Assembly: GCA_001771975.1 (NCBI GenBank) | Contig: MERE01000180.1 | Location: 1 to 44,419, forward strand | From: Betaproteobacteria bacterium RIFCSPLOWO2_02_FULL_68_150 | Lineage (GTDB): Bacteria; Pseudomonadota; Gammaproteobacteria; Burkholderiales; SG8-39 | Direction: 5' to 3' | Length of the DNA stretch: 44,419 nucleotides | Shown: in pieces, positions 17,301 through 24,764 of the stretch | Layout of the letters: each line of letters begins with the position of its first letter | Numbering within the stretch: position 1 is the stretch's first letter | Notes under the pieces: model-generated | Databases searched by the model: none | Told to the model about the DNA's origin: nothing | What the model saw: the letters and a program-made list of their open reading frames with translations, nothing else | Translations under genes and position numbers: made by a program

Positions 17301-18062
17301 ATGAATCCACCGCCCGTGGTCACGCGTGAGGTTGCGCGCGAAGAGCGTTTCAGCCTGGTCTGGACGAGGGAACTCAATCAGGTGTTCGCGGACGTCGCGC
17401 CGTATTACGACCGCGCCAACTACGTCGCCAGCCTTGGCCTGTGGGACTGGTTCCTGAGCAAGTTCATGGCCACCGTGGACATCCGCCCCGGCGAGCGGGT
17501 GCTCGACGTGTGCGCGGGAACCAATGCGATCGGCATTGCGCTGCTCAAGCGCGAGCCGACGCTCGAGGTGCACGCCATCGACCGCAGCCGGGAAATGCAG
17601 GAGGTCGGCCGCCAGCGCGCCGAGGCGCTGGGTTTGCGCATCCGCAGCACCATCGAGGACGTGCACGCGCTGCCGTTCCCCGACAACCATTTCGACGTCG
17701 TGACGCTGCAGTTCGCCTCGCGCCACCTGCGGGTGAAGCGGGTCTGGGGCGAGATGCTGCGCGTGCTCAAACCCGGCGGGCGCTTCTACCACTGCGACAT
17801 GCTGCGCCCCGCGAACCGCAGCGTGGAGACCCTGTATTACGGCTATCTGCGGTTCTGCCTCTGGTTCACCGGCTTCGTGTTCCGCAGCGGCCAGGCGGCG
17901 CTCAACTGCAAGCAGTACTTCATCGACGCGCTGCAGATGTTCTATTCGGCGGAGGAACTGTCGCACGTGCTGGAGGAACTGGGGTACTGCAACGTCACCT
18001 CGAGGACCGTGTTCTCCGGCATGATGGGCTTTCACCGCGCGGTCAAGCCGGGACAGCCCTAG
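17301..18062 (+). CDS. UbiE/MenG-family class I SAM-dependent methyltransferase-fold protein (candidate quinone-modifying enzyme)
   Basis: Colinear with UbiE/MenG: VFADVAPYYDRANYVASLGLWDWF..GERVLDVCAGTNAIGIAL..AIDRSREM..LPFPDNHFDVVTLQFASRHL..LKPGGRF. ATG 17301 is preferred over the track's GTG 17292 because GGAGG lies 8-9 nt upstream of the ATG. Confidence 0.85.
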   Translation: MNPPPVVTREVAREERFSLVWTRELNQVFADVAPYYDRANYVASLGLWDWFLSKFMATVDIRPGERVLDVCAGTNAIGIALLKREPTLEVHAIDRSREMQEVGRQRAEALGLRIRSTIEDVHALPFPDNHFDVVTLQFASRHLRVKRVWGEMLRVLKPGGRFYHCDMLRPANRSVETLYYGYLRFCLWFTGFVFRSGQAALNCKQYFIDALQMFYSAEELSHVLEELGYCNVTSRTVFSGMMGFHRAVKPGQP

Positions 18063-18074
18063 CCCGGGCTTCGC

Positions 18075-18716
18075 ATGGACCGCGCCGGGGCGCTGGCCGG
18101 CCTCAACCAGCGCCTCCTGGAGGCGTTCAGCCGCCGCACCACCGGCGCGCTGCGCGAAGTCCTTGCGCTGCGCGTGGCGCTGCCGCACATCGAGCCGTTT
18201 CTCGCCTTGAACGTCGCCAAGGAAGTGAAGAAGGACGCGCTCCTGATCAGGAGCGCGGCGCAGGCCGCGGCGGCGCCCGACGCGGCGCTGGCGCGCAGCC
18301 TGCTCGAGGAGGCGCGCGCCATCGACCGCGATTTCCTCGGCGACGTGGCGCGCTTTCCGGTGCGCATCGAGATTCCCTACGCGCGCATCGAGCCACTGCG
18401 CCTGCGGCGCATCGGGCGCGGGCTTGAACTGGCGCACCTGATCATCGCGGGCTGGCGCGGCGGACGCAAGCTGCGCGAGCTGCTGCCGCGCGACGCTCTC
18501 GAGCACCGCCTGCGCGAGCTGCTCGAGCTCTACGCCGAGGAAACGCAGGCGCTCAGCCACTCGGTCCAGCTGCCTGGCCCGCTCGCGCTGCTGCGCGAGC
18601 GCCTGGCGCGTGGCCTGCTGCGCGTGATGCGCGAGGCGGCGGGGCAGGTGTCGGCGCAGGCGGCACGCGCTGTGCACCGGCCGCGCCCGCGGGCGCTGCA
18701 GGAGCGCCCGGCGTGA
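18075..18716 (+). CDS. Hypothetical helical protein (213 aa), no family recognised
   Basis: Starts 12 nt after the methyltransferase stop. Strong G/C third-position bias in this frame. L/A/R/E-rich with no TM segment. The competing 472-aa minus-strand ORF also runs antisense across the methyltransferase and looks like a shadow ORF. Confidence 0.55.
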   Translation: MDRAGALAGLNQRLLEAFSRRTTGALREVLALRVALPHIEPFLALNVAKEVKKDALLIRSAAQAAAAPDAALARSLLEEARAIDRDFLGDVARFPVRIEIPYARIEPLRLRRIGRGLELAHLIIAGWRGGRKLRELLPRDALEHRLRELLELYAEETQALSHSVQLPGPLALLRERLARGLLRVMREAAGQVSAQAARAVHRPRPRALQERPA

Positions 18717-18868
18717 GGGAGGCGCAGACGCTGACGCTCGATCGCGACCTCGCCCGCTGCGGCACGACGGCGGCGCGCTTCGGGCGCGCCACGGACTTCA
18801 ACGGCGGCACGGGCGGAGACGCGGCGCCCCTCGCGCCGCCGCCCGATGTGCCAGAGGCGACCGCGTGA
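18713..18868 (+). CDS. Possible 51-aa ORF bridging the hypothetical gene and marR
   Basis: GTG 18713 overlaps the preceding stop (GTGA), and its own TGA overlaps the marR GTG start (GTGA 18865..18868). 47 of its 51 sense codons end in G/C. Translation VREAQTLTLDRDLARCGTTAARFGRATDFNGGTGGDAAPLAPPPDVPEATA. No homology recognised. Confidence 0.25.
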   Translation: MREAQTLTLDRDLARCGTTAARFGRATDFNGGTGGDAAPLAPPPDVPEATA

Positions 18869-19341
18869 CCCGCGCGCTCCCGCCCGCCGACCCCCGGTGG
18901 CCCGAGCGCACCTTCAGTCACCGGCTGATGCGGCTGGTGAACCTGATCGCAAAGCCTTTTTTCGCGCGCTACGCCGAGGAGACCGACCTGTCGATCAACG
19001 AGTGGCGCGTCCTCATGCTGCTCGCCGCGCATCCCGGCCTCACCGCGAGCGACATCGCCGAGCGCAGCGGGATGCTCCTCATGAACGTCAGCCGCGCCGT
19101 GCGGCGCCTTGCACGCATGCGCCGCGTGCAGCGCCGGCGCGACCCTGCCGATGCGCGCCGTGCCCTGCTCAGGCTGACCGCGCGCGGCGAGGCGATCTTC
19201 GCGCGCATCGCGCCGCAGGCCCGGCGCAGCGAGGAAAGCGTGCGCGGGCAGCTCAGCACCGCCGAGGCCGCGGAGTTCAGTCGCCTGCTCGATAAGCTGC
19301 TCGCCGGCCTGCGATCGCAGCGCGGCAACGGCCGTGCTTGA
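18865..19341 (+). CDS. MarR-family transcriptional regulator
   Basis: 158 aa. A winged-HTH core typical of MarR: LSINEWRVLMLLAAHPGLTASDIAERSGMLLMNVSRAVRRLARMRRVQRRRDPADARRALLRLTARGEAIF. Confidence 0.88.
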   Translation: MTRALPPADPRWPERTFSHRLMRLVNLIAKPFFARYAEETDLSINEWRVLMLLAAHPGLTASDIAERSGMLLMNVSRAVRRLARMRRVQRRRDPADARRALLRLTARGEAIFARIAPQARRSEESVRGQLSTAEAAEFSRLLDKLLAGLRSQRGNGRA

Positions 19342-19372
19342 CAACTGCCGGCCGGATGCTAACAATCGTTAG
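19338..19372 (+). promoter_or_regulatory. Putative promoter (TTGACA-17-AACAAT) overlapped by the inverted repeat CTAAC-N4-GTTAG (candidate MarR operator)
   Basis: TTGACA at 19338..19343 overlaps the marR stop. The -10-like AACAAT is at 19361..19366. The palindrome CTAACaatcGTTAG is at 19359..19372. The GGGAGGGA SD and GTG 19403 follow. Confidence 0.4.
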
Positions 19373-19402
19373 TATCCGTCCGAAGCCGCTCCGGGAGGGA
19401 GT

Positions 19403-20122
19403 GTGGCTGATGCCCCGATGATTGCCCGCCGCGTTCCGCTCGCGCCGATGCAGCGCATGGCCGCCGAGCACCTCGCGCACAGCCTGCGCGAGAGCGTGCC
19501 GGTGTCGATCCACGGCGCAGCGGACGCCGAGGCGCTGGTCGCGCTGCGCGCGCGACTGAATGCCGACGCCTCGCGCGCCGGCCGGCCGCGCGTCACGCTC
19601 ACGCACCTGCTGGTGAAGGCGGTGGCGCAGGCGCTGCGCGCCCACGAGCACCTGAATGCCACGCTCGAGGGCAAGGTGCTGTGTGTCTACGCAGACGTCA
19701 ACATCGGTGTCGCGCTCGCGCTGGCCAACGGCGGCCTCGTCGTGCCGGTGATCCGCGGCGCGGATCGCCTGACGCTCGACGAAGTCGCCGCGATGGCCGC
19801 GGAACAGGAAGCGCGCGCCGCGGCCGGCAAGCTCCAGCTCGCCGACGTCCAGGGTGCGACCTTCACGATCTCGAACGGCGGCATGGTGCCGAGCGTGCTC
19901 TGGACGACGCCAATCGTGCCGCGCGGTCAGGCGGCGATCCTCGGCATCGGCGCAATGCACCAAGCAGCGGTCGTGCGCGAAGGTGCGGTGGTCGCGCGCC
20001 GCCTGCTGCCGACCAGCCTGACGTTCGATCATCGCCTGGTCAACGGCGTGCCGGCGGCGCGCTTTCTCGAAGGGGTGCACCGCCTCGTCGCCGAGGCCGA
20101 GCGCATCGAACTGGGCATCTGA
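19403..20122 (+). CDS. 2-oxoacid dehydrogenase E2 acyltransferase, catalytic domain only (no lipoyl or subunit-binding domain)
   Basis: 239 aa. It begins directly at the catalytic-domain entry motif RRVPLAPMQRM. GLVVPVIRGADRLTLDEVA, GATFTISNGGM, and the catalytic DHRLVNG are present. Confidence 0.88.
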   Translation: MADAPMIARRVPLAPMQRMAAEHLAHSLRESVPVSIHGAADAEALVALRARLNADASRAGRPRVTLTHLLVKAVAQALRAHEHLNATLEGKVLCVYADVNIGVALALANGGLVVPVIRGADRLTLDEVAAMAAEQEARAAAGKLQLADVQGATFTISNGGMVPSVLWTTPIVPRGQAAILGIGAMHQAAVVREGAVVARRLLPTSLTFDHRLVNGVPAARFLEGVHRLVAEAERIELGI

Positions 20123-20137
20123 CTGCAAGGAGAACTC

Positions 20138-20380
20138 ATGCTTCTGGAGATCCGCGTGCCGGAGATGGGCAACGACGCCAAGGAGGCGATTCTGGTCGCC
20201 TGGCACAGACAGCCGGGCGACGCCGTGGCGCAGGGCGAGCCGCTCGCCGACGTGATGACGGACAAGGTCAACGTGGAGATCGTCAGCCCCGCGGCGGGCA
20301 CGCTGAAGGAGACGCGCGCCGCGCCCGACGAGACGGTGCCGGTGGGTGCCGTGATCGCGATGCTGGAGGTCGCCGAATGA
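20138..20380 (+). CDS. Free-standing lipoyl-attachment domain protein (80 aa)
   Basis: Own AAGGAG SD. MLLEIRVPEMG..VAWHRQPGDAVAQGEPLADVMTDKVNVEIVSPAAGTL..VPVGAVIAMLEV. The TDK lipoyl-lysine motif sits at the hairpin position. It is not the AMKM biotinyl motif. Confidence 0.85.
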   Translation: MLLEIRVPEMGNDAKEAILVAWHRQPGDAVAQGEPLADVMTDKVNVEIVSPAAGTLKETRAAPDETVPVGAVIAMLEVAE

Positions 20381-21372
20381 ATGCGCAATTCGCCGAAGCG
20401 CGGGCGCGCGTCGCGGAAGACGGCGCGCTCCTGCGGAGCATGTACGAGCTGATGCTGCTGACACGCGAGATCGATCGCGTCGCGGGCAAGGCCGACGGCC
20501 ACTGGCACGCCTGCGAGGGTGAGGAAGCGGTGATCGCCGCCTGCTACAGCGGGCTGCGCCCGGACGATTTCGCCGTGCCGCACTATCGCGGCATGCTGCC
20601 CGCGTCGGTCGCGCGCGGTGCCGACTTGCGCGCGCTCCTCGCCGGGCTCGCGGGCAAGACGACGAGTCACAGCGGCGGGCGCTACCGCTCGGACGTCTGC
20701 GGGCCGATCGAGCACCGGGTGATCGGCCTGTACTCCGGTGCGCTCGGACCGACGCTCTCCTACGCCGCGGGCACCGCGCTCGCGGCGAAGCTCGATCGGC
20801 GCGATGCAGTGACGATCGCGGTATTCGGCGACGGCACGTCCAACCGCGGAGATTTTCATGAAGCGCTGAACCTTGCCGCGGTGCTGAAGCTCGGCGTGGT
20901 CTATGTCTGCCAGAACAACCAGTTCGCGATCTCGACGCCTGCCGCGCGCGGCGTGGGCGCGCGCTCGATCGCGGACCGCGCGCCGGGCTACGGCATACCG
21001 GGTGTCGCGGCGGACGGCAACGACGCGATCGGGCTGCGCGCCGCGGTCGAGATCGCGATCGAGCGCGCGCGCCGCGGCGACGGACCGACGCTCATCGAGG
21101 CGCTCACCTATCGCATCTCCGGACATCTCGTCGCGGATGCCGCGGACTATCGCCCGGCGGAGGACGTGGCGGCGTGGCGCTCGCGCGATCCGCTCGCGAG
21201 GCTGCAGCGCCACCTGCTGGAGTGCGGCCTGCTGAAGCGGGACGAGGACGAGCGCCTCGCGCGCGAAACGCGCGAACGCGTGGACGCGGCGATGGCGCAG
21301 GCGCAGGCGGACCCGGACCCCGGCGCCGACGCGCTCGGACTGCAAGCGGTTTTCGCAGCGGCGCGGTCATGA
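20377..21372 (+). CDS. TPP-dependent dehydrogenase E1 alpha subunit, divergent copy 1
   Basis: ATGA overlap with the lipoyl gene. The TPP motif is present: AVFGDGTSNRGDFHEALNLAAVLKLGVVYVCQNNQFAIS..YRISGH. Several otherwise conserved E1alpha motifs are absent (see findings). Track ORF 19681..21372 is over-extended. Confidence 0.85.
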   Translation: MNAQFAEARARVAEDGALLRSMYELMLLTREIDRVAGKADGHWHACEGEEAVIAACYSGLRPDDFAVPHYRGMLPASVARGADLRALLAGLAGKTTSHSGGRYRSDVCGPIEHRVIGLYSGALGPTLSYAAGTALAAKLDRRDAVTIAVFGDGTSNRGDFHEALNLAAVLKLGVVYVCQNNQFAISTPAARGVGARSIADRAPGYGIPGVAADGNDAIGLRAAVEIAIERARRGDGPTLIEALTYRISGHLVADAADYRPAEDVAAWRSRDPLARLQRHLLECGLLKRDEDERLARETRERVDAAMAQAQADPDPGADALGLQAVFAAARS

Positions 21373-22346
21373 TCCGCCAGACGATGCAGGAGGCCATCGT
21401 CGCCGGCATCGCCGAGGAAATGCGGCGCGATGCGGACGTCTTCATCATGGGCCTCGACATTGGCCGCTTCGGCGGCCCGCTCAACTCGTGCAAGGGATTG
21501 TGGGAGGAGTTCGGCGCCACCGGCCGGGTGATCGATACGCCGATCTCCGAGGGCGCAATCGTCGGCGCGGGCGTGGGTGCCGCGCTCGCCGGCAAGCGGC
21601 CGATCGTGGACATCATGTTCCTCGAGTACCTGCCGCTCGTCATCCAGCAGCTCGGCTGCGACGGTGGCGCGATGCACTACTACTCCGCAGGCAAGGCGCG
21701 CGTGCCGCTCGTCGTGCGCGCAAAGTACGGCGTCGGGCCGTATCACGGCCATCCTTACGACTTTCACGCGTGGCTCATGCAGACCCCCGGCGTGAAGATC
21801 GCAGTGCCGGCCACCGCGCGCGATGCGAAGGGCCTGATGAAGGCGGCGATCCGCGACGACAGTCCGGTGCTCTTCATGGAGCACATGGCGCTCTACCATG
21901 GCCTGCGCGACGCGATTCCGGAGGAGGACTACGTCGTGCCGCTCGGCGTCGCGGAGGTGAAGCGCGCAGGGCGCGACGTCACCGTCATTGCGTCGGCCGC
22001 GATGGTGCGCAGGGCGCTCGCCGCGGCGCAGGCGCTCGCGAAAGAGGGGATCGAGATCGAAGTCGTGGACCTGCGCAGCATCGTGCCGCTGGACGAGGCG
22101 ACGATCCTCGACTCGGTGCGCAAGACCGGCCGCGCGCTCGTCGTGCAGGAGACGGTGTGCTTCGGCGGCTCGACCGCCGAGGTCGCCGCGCTGATCGCCG
22201 AGCGGTCGTTCCGCGACCTGAAGGCTCCGGTGCGACGCCTTGGCACGGCGTACGTTCCCGTGCCTTTCGCGCGCAGCCTCGAGAAGGCCGCCGTCCCCGA
22301 CGACGCCGCGATCGTCGCGGCGGCAAGGGATCTCGTGTCGCAGTAG
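21369..22346 (+). CDS. Dehydrogenase E1 beta subunit, divergent copy 1
   Basis: ATGA overlap. MIRQTMQEAIVAGIAEEMRRDADVFIMGLDIG..RVIDTPISEGAIVG..PGVKIAVPATARDAKGLMKAAIRDDSPVLFMEH..VDLRSIVPLD. Confidence 0.87.
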   Translation: MIRQTMQEAIVAGIAEEMRRDADVFIMGLDIGRFGGPLNSCKGLWEEFGATGRVIDTPISEGAIVGAGVGAALAGKRPIVDIMFLEYLPLVIQQLGCDGGAMHYYSAGKARVPLVVRAKYGVGPYHGHPYDFHAWLMQTPGVKIAVPATARDAKGLMKAAIRDDSPVLFMEHMALYHGLRDAIPEEDYVVPLGVAEVKRAGRDVTVIASAAMVRRALAAAQALAKEGIEIEVVDLRSIVPLDEATILDSVRKTGRALVVQETVCFGGSTAEVAALIAERSFRDLKAPVRRLGTAYVPVPFARSLEKAAVPDDAAIVAAARDLVSQ

Positions 22347-22354
22347 AGCGCCCA

Positions 22355-23374
22355 TTGGTCACACTTTCGCTCGACGAGGGCCTTCGGCTGTATCGCACGA
22401 TGGCGCGCATCCGCGCCTTCGAGAACGCGGCGGAAGAGGCTTCCCGGGGCGGCGTTTCGGCCTTTGGCGCTGCGCTTTCCGCCAGCGTCAGGGTACGCGG
22501 ACCGCTGCATCTGTCGACCGGGCAGGAGGCGGTGGCGGCGGGCGTCTGCGCGCAGTTGACCACGGCCGACCTCATCACTTCGACGCACCGCGGCCACGGC
22601 CACACCATCGCCAAGGGTGCCTCGGTCGAGCGCATGATGGGCGAGCTCTTCGGCAAGGTGAGCGGCTGCAACGGCGGCAAGGGCGGCTCGATGCACATCG
22701 CCGACTTCTCGGTCGGGATGCTGGGCGCGAACGGCGTGGTTGCCGCGGGAATTCCGATCGCGGTGGGCGCCGCGCATGCGCTGAAACTCCGGCAGCGCAA
22801 TGCGCTCGTCGCGTGCTTTTTCGGCGACGGCGCGATCAATCGCGGTCCGTTTCTCGAAGGACTCAACTGGGCGGCGGTCCACGCGCTGCCCGTGCTCTTC
22901 GTCTGCGAGGACAATCGCTGGTCGGCGACGACCGCGACCGGCGCCATGACCGCGGGCGACGGGGCGCTGGCGCGTGCTGCCGGCATCGGTGTGCCGGGCG
23001 AGCGGGTGGACGGCAACGACGTCTTCGCGGTGCACGCTGCCGCAGCAGAACTGGTGGCCCAGGTCCGCGCCGGGCAAGGGCCGCGATTGCTGCATGCGAT
23101 CACGTACCGCGTGAAGGGCCACGTTTCGGTGGATCCGGCCACCTATCGCGACGGCGAGGAAGTGGACCGCGCGCTCCAGGACGATCCGATTCCGGCGGCC
23201 GCCGCGCGGCTGAGGGCGGCCGGCGTCGCAGCCGAAGCGCTCGCGCAGATCGCGCTGGAAGCGGAGCGGGAAGTGGCTGCGGCGCTTGCCGCCGCCTCGG
23301 CGGCGGCGTGGCCGGACCGGGCAGCGTCGTATTCGGACATCCAGGACACCGGGAGCGACCGTTGGCTTGTCTGA
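22355..23374 (+). CDS. TPP-dependent dehydrogenase E1 alpha subunit, canonical copy 2 (acetoin/pyruvate/BCKA-type)
   Basis: TTG start is inferred, because the conserved LSLDEGLRLYRTMARIRAFE lies upstream of the first ATG. LSTGQEAVAAG, THRGHGH, GKGGSMH, GDGAINRG..CEDNRW, YRVKGHVSVDP. Confidence 0.86.
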   Translation: MVTLSLDEGLRLYRTMARIRAFENAAEEASRGGVSAFGAALSASVRVRGPLHLSTGQEAVAAGVCAQLTTADLITSTHRGHGHTIAKGASVERMMGELFGKVSGCNGGKGGSMHIADFSVGMLGANGVVAAGIPIAVGAAHALKLRQRNALVACFFGDGAINRGPFLEGLNWAAVHALPVLFVCEDNRWSATTATGAMTAGDGALARAAGIGVPGERVDGNDVFAVHAAAAELVAQVRAGQGPRLLHAITYRVKGHVSVDPATYRDGEEVDRALQDDPIPAAAARLRAAGVAAEALAQIALEAEREVAAALAAASAAAWPDRAASYSDIQDTGSDRWLV

Positions 23375-24309
23375 GCTACGCGCAGGCGGGCTGCCTCGCG
23401 CTGGAACGGGCCATGGCGGCCGATCCTGCGGTCGTGGTGCTCGGCGAAGACGTCGGTCGCGGCGGCATCTTCGGCCAGTACCGCGGGCTGCAGCAGAAGT
23501 TCGGCACGGCGCGCGTCCTGGACACGCCGATCTCGGAGGCGACGATCATGGGCGCGGCGGTGGGCATGGCGCTCGCCGGGCTGAAGCCCGTCGTCGAAAT
23601 GCGCGTGGTGGACTTCGCGCTCTGCGCGATGGACGAAATCGTCAACCAGGCGGCGAAGGCGCGCTACATGTTCGGCGGACAGGGGCGCGTGCCGCTGGTG
23701 GCGCGGCTGCCGATCGGCATCTGGACCGGCTCGGCGGCGCAGCACTCGCAGAGCCTCGAAGCGTGGTTCGCGCACGTGCCGGGCCTGGTCGTCGTCACGC
23801 CCTCGAATCCGCAGGACAACTGCTCGCTGCTCGCCGCGTCGCTCGAATGCGGCGATCCGGTGATCTACATGGAGCACAAGGAATTGTGGACGGTGGAGGC
23901 CGAGGTTGATCCGACCGCGAAAGTGCCGCTCGGCCGCGCCAGCGTGCTGCGCGCCGGCGCAGACGTGACGCTCGTCACCTGGGCGCGCACGGTACAGCCG
24001 GCGCTCGAGGCCGCAACGGCCGCCGCCGCACGCGGCGTGTCGGCGGAAGTCATCGACCTTCGCACGCTATGGCCCTGGGATCGCGAGACCGTGCTGGCCT
24101 CGGCCGCGAGGACGCGCCGGCTGGTGGTCGCGCACGAGGCGGTGCGGGTCGCGGGCTTCGGTGCGGAGATCGCGGCCACGGTGGCCGAGGAACTCGGCAT
24201 ACCGGTGCGACGCGTCGGCGGCGCGCGCATCCCGGTCGGCTACTCGAAGGTGCTCGAAGATGCCGCACGCATCAGCGCGGCGGCGATCCTGGAGTCCCTG
24301 CTGCAATGA
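23362..24309 (+). CDS. Dehydrogenase E1 beta subunit, canonical copy 2
   Basis: TTG start 6 nt after GGGAG, with a 13-nt overlap onto E1alpha-2. LSYAQAGCLALERAMAADPAVVVLGEDVG..RVLDTPISEATIMG..QHSQSLEAWFAHVPGLVVVTPSNPQD..IDLRTLWPWD. Confidence 0.86.
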   Translation: MACLSYAQAGCLALERAMAADPAVVVLGEDVGRGGIFGQYRGLQQKFGTARVLDTPISEATIMGAAVGMALAGLKPVVEMRVVDFALCAMDEIVNQAAKARYMFGGQGRVPLVARLPIGIWTGSAAQHSQSLEAWFAHVPGLVVVTPSNPQDNCSLLAASLECGDPVIYMEHKELWTVEAEVDPTAKVPLGRASVLRAGADVTLVTWARTVQPALEAATAAAARGVSAEVIDLRTLWPWDRETVLASAARTRRLVVAHEAVRVAGFGAEIAATVAEELGIPVRRVGGARIPVGYSKVLEDAARISAAAILESLLQ

Positions 24310-24764
24310 CGCCGAAGCGTACGCCGGAGGACTGGATCGCCGCGCTCGGCATGGCGCTGCTGGCGCTCATCACCATGGCCAACGTGGTGGTCCGTTATCT
24401 GACCGACCAGTCGTTTGCGTGGACCGAGGAATTTTCAGTGTTCCTGCTGGTGCTGACGACCATGGCGGGAGCGTCCGCGGCGGCGCTGCGCGAGCGGCAC
24501 ATCCGCATCGAGTTCTTCCTCGATCGCGGGCCGCCCGCGCAGCGCCGCGCGCTGGCGGCGGGCGGGACGGCCCTGGCCGTGGTTTTCTTTCTCGCCTTCG
24601 CGGTGCTCACCGGCCGCATGGCGTGGGATGACTTTCGCTACGGCGAGACGACGATGGGCGTCGGTTTGCCGCGCTGGTGGTATACGGGGTGGGTGCCCGC
24701 GCTGTCACTCGTCATTGCGCTGCGCACCGCGCAGGCGCTGCGGCGGCTCCTGCGAAGCGCATGA
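24306..24764 (+). CDS. TRAP transporter small permease (DctQ-type)
   Basis: 152 aa. ATGA overlap with the E1beta-2 stop. Four TM helices. LITMANVVVRYLTDQSFAWTEEFSVFLLV is a typical DctQ signature. Confidence 0.85.
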   Translation: MTPKRTPEDWIAALGMALLALITMANVVVRYLTDQSFAWTEEFSVFLLVLTTMAGASAAALRERHIRIEFFLDRGPPAQRRALAAGGTALAVVFFLAFAVLTGRMAWDDFRYGETTMGVGLPRWWYTGWVPALSLVIALRTAQALRRLLRSA

